A program made the translations under genes and the position numbers. The notes under the pieces were generated by a model. It worked only from the letters and a program-made list of their open reading frames with translations. It had not been told where the DNA came from and did not search any database. DNA of 64,000 nucleotides from Chiloscyllium plagiosum (taxonomy: Eukaryota), in the NCBI RefSeq assembly GCF_004010195.1, contig NC_057719.1:24343465-24407464 (forward strand). Reading direction: 5' to 3'. This document shows, piece by piece, positions 39,589 through 51,677 of this stretch. How positions within the stretch are numbered: position 1 is the first letter of the stretch; each line of letters begins with the position of its first letter.

Positions 39589-41195
39589 ATAAGACCATAA
39601 GACATAGGAGTGAAAGTAAGGCCAGTCGGCCCATCGAGTCCACTCCACCATTTAATCATGGATGTTGGGCATTTCAATGCCTCTTACCTGCATTCTCCCT
39701 GTATCCCTTATTTCCTTGTGAGATTAAGAATTTATCAATCTCTGCCTTGAAGACATTTAATGTCCAGGCCTCCACTGCACTCCGTGGCAATGAATTCTAC
39801 AGGCCCACCACTCTCTGGCTGAAGAAATGTCTCCTCACTTCGGTTTTAAATTGACCCCCTCTAAGTCTAAGGCTGTGCCCATGGGTCCTAATATCCCCGC
39901 CTGACAGAAACAAATTCCTAGCTTCCACCCTTTCTAAGCCATGCATTATCTTGTAAGTTTCTATTAGATCTCCCCTCAACCTTCTAAATTCTAATAAATA
40001 AAATCCCAGGATCCTCAGCCATTCATTGTATGTTAAGGCCTACCATTCCAGGGATCATCCGTATGAATCTCAGCTGGACACCCTCCAATGACAGTATGTC
40101 CTTCCTGAGGTGTGGGGCCCAAAACAGAACACAGTATTCCAAATGGGGCCTAACCAGAGCTTTATAAAGTCTCAGAAGCACATCACTGCTTTTACATTCC
40201 AACCCTCTTGAGTTAAATGACAACATTACATTTGTTTTCTTAACCACGGACTCAACCTGCAAGTCAACCTTTAGAGAATCCTGGACGAGCATTCCCAGAT
40301 CCCTTTGTACTTTGGCTTTATGAATTTTTTCATCATTTAAAAAATAGTCCATCCATGTATTCTTTTTCTGAAATGCAAGACCTCACATTTATTCATATTG
40401 AAATTCATCAGCCATTTCTTGGGCCACTCTCCTAAACTATCTAAATCTTTCTGCAGCCTCCGCACCTCATCAGAATTACCTGCCTCTCTGCCTAACTCAT
40501 ATCATCTGTGAACTTCACCAGAATGCCCCCAGTCCCTTCATCCAAATCATTAATATATAAAGTGAACAGCGGCAGCCCCAACACTGAACCCTGCGGGACA
40601 CCACTTGTTACTAGTTGCCATTCTGAAAAAGAACCTTTTATCCCAACTCTCTGCTGTCTGTCAACCAATCCTCAATCCATGCCAGTAGCTCTCCTCAAAC
40701 ACCATGGGCCCTCACCTTACTCAGCAGCCTCCCGTGAAGCACCAAAACAAAAGCCTTTTGGAAGCCTAGGTAGATAACATTCACTTGATTTCCCTGGTCT
40801 AACCTACTTGTTACCTCTTCAAAGAATTCTAACATGTTTGTCAGGCACGACCTCCCCTTACTAAATCCATGCTGACTTGTTCTAATCTGACCCTGCATTT
40901 CCAAGAATTTAGAAATCTCATCCTTAACGATGGATACTAGAATTTTACCTCCAACCGAGGTTAGGCTAATCGGCCTGTAATTTTCTTTTGTCTTGATCCT
41001 TTCTTGAAAAAGGGGGTTACAACAGCAATTTTCCAATCATCTGGGATATCCCCTGACTCCAGTGATTTTTGAAAGATTACACCCAATGCCTCCACTATTT
41101 CTTTAGCCACCTCCCTCAGAACTCTAGGATATAGCCCATTGGGGCCAGGAGACCTATCAATTTTTAGACTTTCTGGCTTTTCTAACACTTTCTGT
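39589..41195 (-). mobile_element. CR1 LINE ORF2 fragment
   Basis: Encodes SPGPNGLYPRVLRE, NYRPISLTSV, SQHGFSKGRSCLTN and LYKALVRPHLEYC, with a cttatggtcttatg tail. Confidence 0.95.
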
Positions 41196-41334
41196 TTTAT
41201 AATAGCTTTGGCTGAAAATTGGCAAGTAACATTTGCACCACACAAATGCCAGGCAATAAACACCTCCAATAAGAGATAATCTAACCATCATCCCTTGATA
41301 TTCAATGGTGTTGCCCTCACCGAATCCTCCAATA

Positions 41335-41848
41335 TACACGCTCAGACAACAACTCACCAGAACGAAGGACCCGATACCCAACATGAGCAAGACGAATGTA
41401 GTGTACAAAATACCATGCAAGGACTACACTAAACACTATATAGGACAAACAGGAAGACAGCTAACAATCCGCATACATGAACATCAACTAGCTTTGAAAT
41501 GACACGACCAGCTATCCTTAGTAGCCACACACGCAGACAACAAGCAACATGAATTCGACTGGGACAACACTACTATCATAGGGCAAGCCAGACAGACAAC
41601 AGCCAGGGAATTCCTAGAGGCATGGCATTCATCCACAAACTCCATCAACAAACACATCGACCTGGACCCAATATACCAACCACTACAGCGGACAGCTGAA
41701 ACTGACAACCGGAAGCGGCAGGGACAGACCACTATAAACACCAGAGGAAACATCAAAGAAGCGCTTCGCAGGAGGCTCCCAAGCACTGATGATGTCGCCT
41801 AGCCAGGGGACGAAACGTTTGCAACAAAAACTTCCAGCTCGGCGAACA
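41335..41848 (+). mobile_element. Penelope element 3' end with GIY-YIG endonuclease (one in-frame stop) and hammerhead motif
   Basis: Encodes NVVYKIPCKDYTKHYIGQTGRQLTIRIHEH...HEFDWDNTTII...REFLEAWH...SINKHIDLDPIY. Confidence 0.9.
41783..41822 (+). ncRNA. Minimal type I hammerhead ribozyme motif (family C)
   Basis: GCA-CUGAUGA-U-GUCgCCU(AGCC)AGGgGAC-GAAA-CG-UU-UGC. Confidence 0.7.
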
Positions 41849-41849
41849 G

Positions 41850-42245
41850 GGGTTAGTTGAGTCAGGATCACAATTGAAACTGGAAGCTGTCTCCCTCCTT
41901 CTGCCCTTCTGACTTTGTAACCTGTAAGCTTTTTGTGCCATTTTGACTCTTTGTGCTAAAGGGTCTGTTTATTGGGATTTTTACAAGTCTTTTGGAACAG
42001 TATCATTAAGCCAGGATAGTCTGTCGAGTTTGGATAGGATAGGTTATTCGGCTATTCTATTTTTGGTTCATTGTGTTTTATTCTGTAATTTTGTAGATTA
42101 ATTCTGTTTGTTTAAAACTTGGCAGTTGGACCAGCTAATTCATTCTGGGAATATCCACTGTACACTTACCTGAAACAAATAGCAAAGTTAAGGTCTGAGC
42201 TATCAGCTTAGAAATGTTTTGAGGGGTTGGGCCCAGTCCATAACA
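41850..42245 (+). mobile_element. Possible LTR remnant
   Basis: T-rich segment unrelated to the flanking LINE, ending in ...ccataaca exactly where the LINE resumes. Confidence 0.4.
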
Positions 42246-43875
42246 CTACAGATGCACTGCAGAAATTCAACAAAGATGACAGCACCATCCAAAGCCGTGA
42301 CAATGACCATTGAGAAGGACAAGGGCAGTCAATACATAGTAACACCACCACCTGTAAGTTCCCCTCCAAGCCACTCACCATCCTGACTTGGAAATATATC
42401 GCTATTCATTCAGTGTCAAAATCTTAGAATTCCCTTGCTAACGGTTTCATGGACCTATCTGCAGAACAAAGATTGTAGCACTTCAAGAAAGTAGATCACC
42501 ACCACTTTCTTAGAGGGCAACAAGGGATGGACAATAAAATGATGGCCCAGCCAGCGATGCCCACATCCCATGAATTTGTGAAGACAAAAAAATCAGAGGA
42601 TTCCAGAGGTTGCACTTCAGGAATGGAAAGAAAATCCATTTGACAAATATGAGTGGAACAAAATGAGAATAGTTCGAACCAGCTAGGTGACAGTGGAGAG
42701 ACATTGGAGGAGAAAGTTTATATGAATAACTATGTCAAAGGCTGTCGATAAGTTAAAGAGGACACGGGGATAGACTATCTTGATCACAGCCACATTAAAA
42801 GTGACTTTGATCGAAGACATTTTGGTACTTTGTCAGGGAAAATACTCTTTTTGGAGGAATTCAATCATGCAGTTCTCAGACTGGAAAGTGATAACACTCA
42901 CAGACTTTGGAGAGGAAGTGAGATTGGAAGTAGGGTTGTTAATTTGCATGGATGGTGGGGCTGTGGGTTGAATATTTTTTAAGGGGTGATGATCCAAAAT
43001 TTAAATGGGACAGGGACAAAGTTGTTTTTTATTATAAAATTCAGTTGTTATTTTAATGTTCATTTATTTCCCCATAACGTGGATTACCAAGTCATCACTT
43101 AAATATTGGTGAGCTAACACACTTTAAAAGAACACAGCTAGTAAAACAGATGATTTCAATTCAGTACCTAACAACCTGTTGTGAAAGTGAGATCCTGCAC
43201 TAACTAAAACTACTAACTATTGCCTCATTATTCATTCAACCATGCATTTCATAAATACCAGATAAATCCTGATGGAAAAAACCATAGCTGGAATTGAGAG
43301 GTGACTTGTACATAAAGCAAGTCAATAAGATAATTAGAATATAATCTTCCAATCGCAGAAAAGCTTAAGTGAGAACAAAAAGCAAGAGTAACAATCTCTT
43401 AGTAGACCTAGTGATAGTGAAAAATTGAATTGGTTGCATTTATCAGCACGTTTAAACTAACTAGTAAATTAAGCTACCCATTGATAAAATGTCAATTGTT
43501 CTGCAGAATGACTGTTGCCCCACACCTATGTGACTTCCAATATGTTAATTTACGTGTTTTTAGATATCTGTAAATGGCTACATTCAGTGGGGATTTTAAG
43601 TATGAAATGCTATTTGTAACTACTTTATTCAAAGTGATAATTTTCCAAGGCCTGCCTTTCCATGCCAAATGAAGGCATAAAATTTAGGTACACAAACATT
43701 GTGTTGGCTTAATGTTTTTTTCTATCATTTTATTATACGTGTTAGCCGATTGATTTTAACCTCTGCTTAAAATTTGAGAATTGACATAAACAGCTATTGA
43801 TCATAATTTTTTTTAACAAAAGTAATTGTTTCTTCTGTCCATTGCTTATCATATTTCCTTCCAATCTTTATATAG

Positions 43876-44021
43876 AACCTCCAAGACCTCTTGTCCATCT
43901 TTGCAGAATTAAAGTTCGAAAGCTTTTGGGACTTCAGAGATTAAAATTTATTGAAATGTTGCCTCTACCTGGCAGGCTGAAAAGATACTTGGAGTACAAT
44001 GACACAAATGATTTGATGTAA
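43876..44021 (+). CDS. ASB2: ASB2 last coding exon (SOCS box)
   Basis: Acceptor ctttatatag. Translates EPPRPLVHLCRIKVRKLLGLQRLKFIEMLPLPGRLKRYLEY, i.e. a BC box plus LPLP Cul5 box, then TAA. The nine exons sum to 1923 nt (640 aa + stop). Confidence 0.95.
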
Positions 44022-45572
44022 ATTTAACATTTGACAGAAACCACTCAGAAACTACAAGAAAAGCATTTGCATGCAGAAAAGGAGGTCAGTCCAAAAGTTG
44101 CAACTGTAAATGATTTATTGTATACCGAAAGAAGTAACGTTTTGTGGGATTGCAAGCATGGAGTTAACAGATGCACAAATTAGTTATGGACAGATTTCAA
44201 ATGGCCTAAACCTAAATGGATAAGGACTGAAAGGTTGAAAAATAAGTCAGGGATTTTGGATTTTATTAGTTCCAAATATAGGAACCAAAACTAGGTATAT
44301 TGAACAAAATAATTCGGAAATGCACAGCACATTAGTCAACATCAAAATGAGAAAAGGTAAGTTGAAATTTAACCTGTTAACATGTCCTAATGAGAAGTCC
44401 CACTGGACACATCAGCTTCTCTCTCCTCTTTCACATGCTGCCTGATCTACTCTGTATTTCTGGCGTTTTGTGTTTTCAATTTCGATTTCTAGCCTCATAG
44501 TTTTTTTCTTTTCATCCCTTACAATTTGGCATTTTAACATGTACATAAAACTGTAAACAATGTACCAAAGCATAACCTGTCACATCAACATGTAAGATAA
44601 AGATGTTTTAAATTTTAACTTTTTTTAAATTCCAATTTCAGAAAGGAGTAGCCAAGACACTGATTGTTCAGTTTTTATGCACCTCAGGCAAAATTTGTGA
44701 ATGAAACTTGCTTCAGTTTGCACCTTGCTCTGTAAAGATAGTATAGCCATGATAAGCTCAAACCCATTTCTAGTCGAATTTTTGATAGAAATTTGACATC
44801 TTATTTAATTTTTATGCTTTATTAAATGTAGTAAACACTAAGCTATAAGGTGTTAGCTAGCAGCAAAATATTACTAAATATCTTGGGTTGCTTGATTAAT
44901 GCCACTTGTTGCGTGGAACATCACAGCAGCTGAAGAGAAATTGTGTTTTCAATTGCACTGACAGTACCATAGTTGTTGCTATACCTTCAAAAATATTCAA
45001 CTCTTAAGGTTAAGGATTGAGCCATATAGTCCAGGCAAGTCCTAATTGTATGTCACGGTATGTACTGAGTTACCTGACCTTATCCAAGACAGCATTTGGT
45101 GCATTGGAATAGGCCATTTAGCCTATTCCATCAATTAGTTAGATAATGGGTGATTTTATTTTACCTCAACTCAATTTACTCAACTTTGCTTCATATCTCA
45201 TGGACTACTCATGAACAAAAGTCTTTGAACTCAGTATTGAAAATTTGAATTGATCCAGTAAGATTTACAATATCATATATGTTAAAAAAAAGTACTTCCG
45301 GATTTCACTCCTAAATGATACCAGGCTTTAGTTTTAACGGTATGACTTCTTCCCCTGAGCTACCCACCAGAGGAAGCCATTTCCCTGAATGTGCTCCTAT
45401 CAAATTCCTTTCTCATTTTAAACGCCAGATTGACCCTCAAATAATCTCAACTAAGAATCCTACAAAAAGGCTCTGCATTCTTGGGTTACAAAAATGGGGA
45501 AACAACCATATTTTCACTCCTGGTTGTCATCAGTCATTTCAGAAAGTGATTGCATGCCAGCATTACTTTGGA

Positions 45573-45752
45573 AAAAGTGAGGACTGCAGATGCTGAGATC
45601 AGAGTGGAGAGTGTGGTGCTGGAAAAGCACAGCAGATAACGCAGCATTCAAGGAGCTGGAGTGTCGACGTTTCAGGCATAAGCTCTTCATCAGGAATGAG
45701 GCCTCGGACGCTGCCTGACCTGCTGTGCTTTTCCAGTACCACACTCTCGACA
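45573..45752 (-). mobile_element. Family A Penelope-type element, partly inverted, with a 15-bp TSD
   Basis: TSD cagcat(t/c)actttgga at 45558-45572 and 45753-45767. Confidence 0.85.
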
Positions 45753-45820
45753 CAGCATCACTTTGGATCAGGGTCAAAAAAACACTGAAATATCATGCAA
45801 ATTCTTAATGTCTAGACTAC

Positions 45821-46028
45821 ATTTAGTCAACTTTGCTTCATATCTCATGGACTACTCATGAACAAAAGTCTTTGAACTCAGTATTGAAAATTTCAATTGA
45901 TCTAGTAAGATTTACAATATCTTATATGTTAAAAAAAAGTACTTCCGGATTTCACTCCTAAATGATACCAGGCTTTAGTTTTAACAGTATGACTTCTTCT
46001 CCTGAGCTACCCACCAGAGGAAGCCATT
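45821..46028 (+). repeat. About 205-bp direct duplicate of 45174-45381
   Basis: The two segments align by eye with only a few substitutions. Confidence 0.92.
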
Positions 46029-46157
46029 CCCTGATGAAGGGCTTTTGCCCGAAACGTCGATTTTGCTGCTCGTCGGATGCTGCCTGAATTGCTGTGCTCT
46101 TCCAGCACCACTGATCCAGAATCTGGTTTCCAGCATCTGCAGTCATTGTTTTTACCT
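46029..46157 (+). mobile_element. Family A Penelope-type element beginning at the hammerhead core
   Basis: CTGATGA-A-GGGC-TTTT-GCCC-GAAAC-GTC at 46031-46058. Confidence 0.85.
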
Positions 46158-46919
46158 CTACATTTTAATAAAACTCATATGAGTAACATCTTAAAAACTG
46201 CCAACATATGTAGCATTAGAGATGGGACAAAACCAAGAAAAGAAGCATCCCAATGTTTATCTCCATAAGGTGGGTTGCAGTTCTGAGTTTTGATGGATTT
46301 TAGTGCCAGCTTCACAATTACATTGCTTTTATCAGACAATTTAGTTCTTTACATCACATTGTAAACTCAAAGCCTGTTAGCGTTGACATTGACAATGTAG
46401 GGCAAATTCAGGATTATAATGCTGTACACCTCTCACAGAACCTGATCAGTCTTATTTACGATATTCATTTTTTCTGTTTCCAAAATTGAACAGGTTGACT
46501 AAGAGCAGAAAGGAGTGTAGGGTTATGGTGTGAATGCTGAAATTTCCTTTGCTAATGATGAAAGTTCATTGAAAACATTAACCTGGATGATTAATATCTA
46601 TATATCATATATATATCATGATCAGAACAGGAGCAAAATAATGGAATTTTGTTTTTATAAAATTACTGAGAGTCCCGTTCATATCACTGTAATTTCTAGA
46701 TAAGCTATTCAAATGCTGGCTTGTTTGGATCAACATACTGATTTCAACATCCTTAATTTTCTTTAGTTGTATTCAATCCTGAGATCCACTGATAAAATAG
46801 TGTCTGGAACGGCAAGAATATCACTTAACTGTAGTTTTTTTTTGAAGTATTATGCAGTGGAATGTTTCTATTAACTTTTTGTACCTTTAATTTAAATATA
46901 ACTTTCTGACAGTGATTCT

Positions 46920-46925
46920 AATAAA
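46920..46925 (+). other. Candidate distal ASB2 polyadenylation signal
   Basis: AATAAA followed by a T-rich tract. Alternatives are ATTAAA at 44821 and AATAAA near 46167. Confidence 0.35.
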
Positions 46926-47169
46926 AATATGCATTTGGACTTTTTTTTGCAATTTGCTCACCTTGAAAATTAATCACTGCGTAAAATGTTGAAATCACAA
47001 AAGCATTTTAACGTGAAGTCGCTGGGTGGCGCCATTGCTACTATTGCATTTAGAAATTAGTGTTTAGGGATAACAAACAACATTTTCCCCTTTGTGAGTA
47101 TAATTTGGAATGGAGCCTATGAGGCCTCAAAGTGTTTGGATGGAGTGGCATAAATGGCAAGAAATGAGA

Positions 47170-47400
47170 TTGTTGGACTGGGGTGTACAAAGTTAAAAAT
47201 TACACGACTCCAGGTTATAGTCCAACAGGTTTATTTGGAAGCACTAGCTTTCCGAGTGCTGCTCCTTCATCAGGTGGTTGTGGAGTAACATAAAATACCT
47301 CCATAACGCCCTAATGAGGGAGCAGTGCTCTGAAAGCTAATGCTTCCAAATAAACCTGTTGGACTGTAACTTGGTGTCATGTGATGTTTAAATTTGCTCA
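47170..47400. mobile_element. Palindromic family B element with a hammerhead-like core on the minus strand
   Basis: Inverted arms. The minus strand 47276-47242 reads CAC-CUGAUGA-A-GGAG(CAGCA)CUCG-GAAA-GC-UA-GUG, with one stem II mismatch. Confidence 0.75.
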
Positions 47401-50400
47401 CTTGTCCTGTAAGCCTTCATGGCTAACTGTCTCGATCATCTCACTTGCGAATGATTGGCCGCATATAGGGGGCAAGGTTACTTGCACCGGGCCTTCAGAC
47501 TTGTATTGAAAATAAAAACATTGGTTGTTTTGAATGCATTTTGGGATATTTCCAGAAATACAGCTGTAAATGGCTGACCATATAAAAAGATATGACATTG
47601 TAAAACCTGCTGGGTAGAGCAACAGGAAGGGTTAGAGAGTGCAGCACTTGCTGTATTGTTCTAACTTAAAGAGGGAGATAACATATTAGATCGGGCATTA
47701 TTGTCTCAATTAGGTAGAGTTAAACTGAAATAAGCTCTCGCTCAGAGTTCTAGGTTGGCTTGCTTTCATTGGGTGTGTGCCCCAAATTCCCCTCCCCACT
47801 AATTGTATGCGATATGAACCAATAAAAGCCTCTAATCGCAAAGGACTAATCATTTTAGTGGCTGGTATAAAAGATGGTTGCAGCAAAGGAAGGAGCGTGT
47901 TAGACTTTCAATTGGTCTGAGAACCCCTTCTTTCCTATTCTCCAAAGTGCAGGATTTCAAGAAATGCCCTGGAAAAGGAAGGAATCGGTTGTACAATTAT
48001 CAGTTATAACCTATTTCGTGTTAAGCTGTTACAGGTGTCATTTTTACTGGTAACCTTGTCAAGGCAATAACCTGAAATAAGTTATGTAACAAACTGTTTT
48101 GTCATCATTTACACCATATCATTCAAATATATCTTTTTTATTTCATAAAATGATATCTTCCATTACATTGAACTATATAAGTTTAACTTGCACACGTACA
48201 CAATAAAACTATGTGCATTTAATTTTTGATCCAGGGAATCAAATTCTGTTGACATAACTTTATATACAAGTGGTTAAAGTGTTGTAACACTTTCAGAGGA
48301 TGCAATTTGCCTACAGTTTCACAGATTTTTTCATTGCTACTGCAAAACTCACAAACCATTTGTCCTGTTACCATTGATATGTTTTTAGTGAGCTACTGTA
48401 CTTGATAAATATGTACCAGTCTGCCTGCTGATATAGTTATTAATGGGTGATTCAATGTATCTTTTGTTCAGTTCAACTAACTGGTTTAATACTTACGCAA
48501 AGCTCTTTATTTAATCGAATTTACATTGCTTTGGAAAATACAGAGGTTGTGAAAGGTGCTATTTAAATGCAAGTTTTGTTTATTTCTATTGTCACATGTT
48601 TGGTAATAAATAGCTTAGCTTTGACATGAATTAGAGTAGAACGTCAAAGTTTTAAAGCACATGGAGAATAGCTCCATTAAGGTGTTTTACTGAATTTAAA
48701 GACCATTACTTTAAGAATGTGTTTTCATTACAAACTTAATGTAGGTGCAAGACAATTCCGCCTACAAATACAGACTGTGTGTCCAATCAACTAATTGTGA
48801 TACTCCCTTCTCCACATCACAGTATTTCATTTAGATCATTGTGATAGAGTATTATAGCATGCAAAGAGGCCTTTTAGCCCACTCTGTCTGTGTTGGTCTT
48901 CAAGCACCTATCTACCATAGTCCCATTTTCCAACACCTGACCTTCAAGCACTTCAAGTGATTATCTAAATGCTTTTTAAGTATTGTGATGGTTCCTGGCT
49001 CTACCATCCTTTCAGGTAATGAGTTCCAGATATCCACCTCTGGATGAAAATCTCCTTCTTTAAGTCCTCTCCAATGCTCCTCTAACTTTGGCTACACTTA
49101 CTGAATATCACCAGCATCCATCCAAAACAAAGTCACCTCTCATCAACACCTCAGCTCTAGTGTAGAGTCGTCCAAATTTAGTTCCATGCTTTGGACTCTT
49201 GACACATCCTTGCCAAACACTGAAAACAGAAGAGCTTGAACAATGATCTGTCCCTGCCTGTAACTTCAGCTTCAGAAAAGGTGCAGTCCTTCTGTTTCAT
49301 TAGAGTGTCCTGTACACTTGCCGTTTGTGAATGTTTGAAAGTCAAATTTTCACTGGTCACTGTTGGTCAGGAACCTGTGCAACCAGGAAATTGGGCAACA
49401 TGTGATGAACCATTCAGTGGAAACTCACCTTCCTGACCAGAGGGGCGTGGGCTAGCATTATGAGTGAACCGACTGCAAATCAAATGAATGTTGGAGGTGG
49501 CGCCTGGACATCAGAAGTGAAATTCTGCAATCTGCTGCACAATTTAATTTTATTGTGCTCATATTAATCTATTGTCTGAATTAAAACCATTTGGAAGTCT
49601 AGGCAGTGCTATTTGAAAGTGTCCATTAAATGTAGCAGTGCTGTGTGCGCAGAATATTCAAATATGGAAACAAAGTAAATGTGAGCTCAGGTATATTTAT
49701 TTGAATACTGTTCGACTTGCTTCAGTAAAAGGGAGGCGTGTGGTTGCATTGCTCAAAACATTGTTTTTCAAAGGAATAGCCCTTTGAATTTGAGAAGAAT
49801 ATTGATGAGTTAGAAGGAAGTCGAAAGGTTGGGGGTTAGGAATAGTAACACCACAGCGGCTTCCAAATAGACCCGTTGGTATACCTTGCCACAGCGGCTG
49901 TTTAAGTTGGATTTGCATATTGCTGGAGAGGAATGGGTTACGTGTCCAACTGAAACGCCAGACTGACCGGAATGGCACTTGCCAAATTCAGGATTTTCAG
50001 AAGCCCTGTATGAGAGGCAAGTCTGATTCAGCAAAGCTTCAACAGCTATACAGTCACCAGCATTGAACTGTGTGCTTTTAAACAGGACCCCAGCAGTATT
50101 ATACTGTGTCTGTTAGAAGAATAGTAGTTGTAATGAAATTTTAGATTTGATTTCTTTACTCTGACGCTTTGGAATTATATTTTTGTTTCTGATCTATATT
50201 ATTCACAGATCTTTAGGGTTTTATGGTTTTTGTGAAATTCTGAAAGAAGTGACGATTCGTTAATCAACTGTATTTTGAGTTTGTTTTTAATTTTAAGGGT
50301 TCGGAAAAACAAGTGCTGAATATAAACTATAAGAAGTTCTCGCCTGGCAGATGTTGTTTCAAGGAAAGATTCCTTTCCGTTACAGACACACGGTCACTAT

Positions 50401-50810
50401 TGGATGGAGTTATTCGTAAATGGAGATTGCAACATTTGCACAAAGTACTTCACATACTGAGTTCATAATGATTGGACACGTCCCTTTTTTTAATTCAATA
50501 AAATTATATCGTCCATTACATTAACCACGCATCGACATTCAAGACGAGTAACACACGAGTAAAGCCACTTGAACCTGGATTTTACACGCCGTTGGACGTC
50601 CCTTGAAACAATCCAGCCACATTTCGTTCCCATCTTGTCGCATTTCCAGCACCTGCTGTTCAGCTTTACTCTAGGCTCCAGGGGGGAAAAAAAGCCCCGA
50701 AACACTGATGCAGGTGTGGTCAGCATATGTGCCTCTCTTCCCGGAGCAGCTGTGTGTGGGTGAGTGTCGGAGTCTTTAATTTTTTTTTGGATTTCCTTTG
50801 TAACTGCTCC

Positions 50811-50816
50811 TTTATT
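50811..50816 (-). other. Candidate polyadenylation signal of FAM181A
   Basis: tttatt on + is AATAAA on -, about 860 nt downstream of the stop. Confidence 0.4.
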
Positions 50817-50984
50817 CAGTTCGACAGTCTTGTGCAAAGCGCATGACCCCGCAGAGGTTAATATTTTCCAGATAACGATGGAGCAATACCTGTTCGGGAC
50901 TGGGGGAAACGTGTATAATAAACAGTGCAGTGTGGTTTAAATTGCCCAGGAATGACCAAAAGATGGCTATCTAAACTAGCACCA

Positions 50985-51540
50985 ATACACACGCGTAAAC
51001 ACACATTCTGTATCCAAATAAACATGCTGAAAGATGTACACACACTGTCATCCACGCCCAAAGACGTAGCCACTCATAAATACAGGCAGTCATACACACT
51101 GTATGAATTAGACACAAAGCAAACATACGTATATACAGGTTCATACGAAGTACATACGATTAACATACAAGCAGACATACACACGGAAAATACACAGATA
51201 TACAGACAGACATACATCCAGATAGCACAGACTCATAAGCATGCAAACATGTACAGATTGTACAAAGTACAGTACATAGATGTGGAGGTGCCCGTATTGG
51301 GCTGGGATTGACAGGGTCAGAAGTCACACGACACTGCTTTCAGAGCAGCGATTTCAAATAACCCTGTTGGACTATAATCCGGTGCCCTGTTACTTCTGAC
51401 AAAGTACATAGACACACAGATACGCACTAACATACATATTCAAGAAATACACAGATATATAGGCACATATATATAGAGAGAGATATCACAGGCACACAAA
51501 AGCAGACATACGGAAAATACTCGCAAAGACGCGGACACAC
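50985..51540. repeat. Degenerate (CA/TA)-rich low-complexity tract with a family B insert (about 51277-51402) in the FAM181A 3' UTR
   Basis: acac/atac/agac repeats. The insert is flanked by caaagtaca(gtaca)taga-like direct repeats. Confidence 0.7.
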
Positions 51541-51677
51541 AATCCCGAAAACTGCTCGCTCAGTGATGGAAGGGACTTGGTCAGAGATTGTAAACATTCC
51601 TGCATCCGCAGCCTTCCATACCTCCCTCCTGCGAGGTGGGAAGTCCACTCCCGCAGCGAAAGTGTGCTGGGCTACAA

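Larger units (their letters stand above)
39330..42575 (+). mobile_element. Second copy of the same LINE, split into three pieces (39330-39588, about 41205-41330, about 42246-42575) by nested insertions
   Basis: GVSQGSVLGP RT motif. The pieces are colinear with the 38270-39290 copy. Confidence 0.75.

Noticed and set aside
45105..45130. 10-bp hairpin tggaataggc/gcctattcca in the ASB2 3' region
   Set aside because: It coincides with a decayed reverse CR1 3' end and is too short to support a miRNA or SECIS call.
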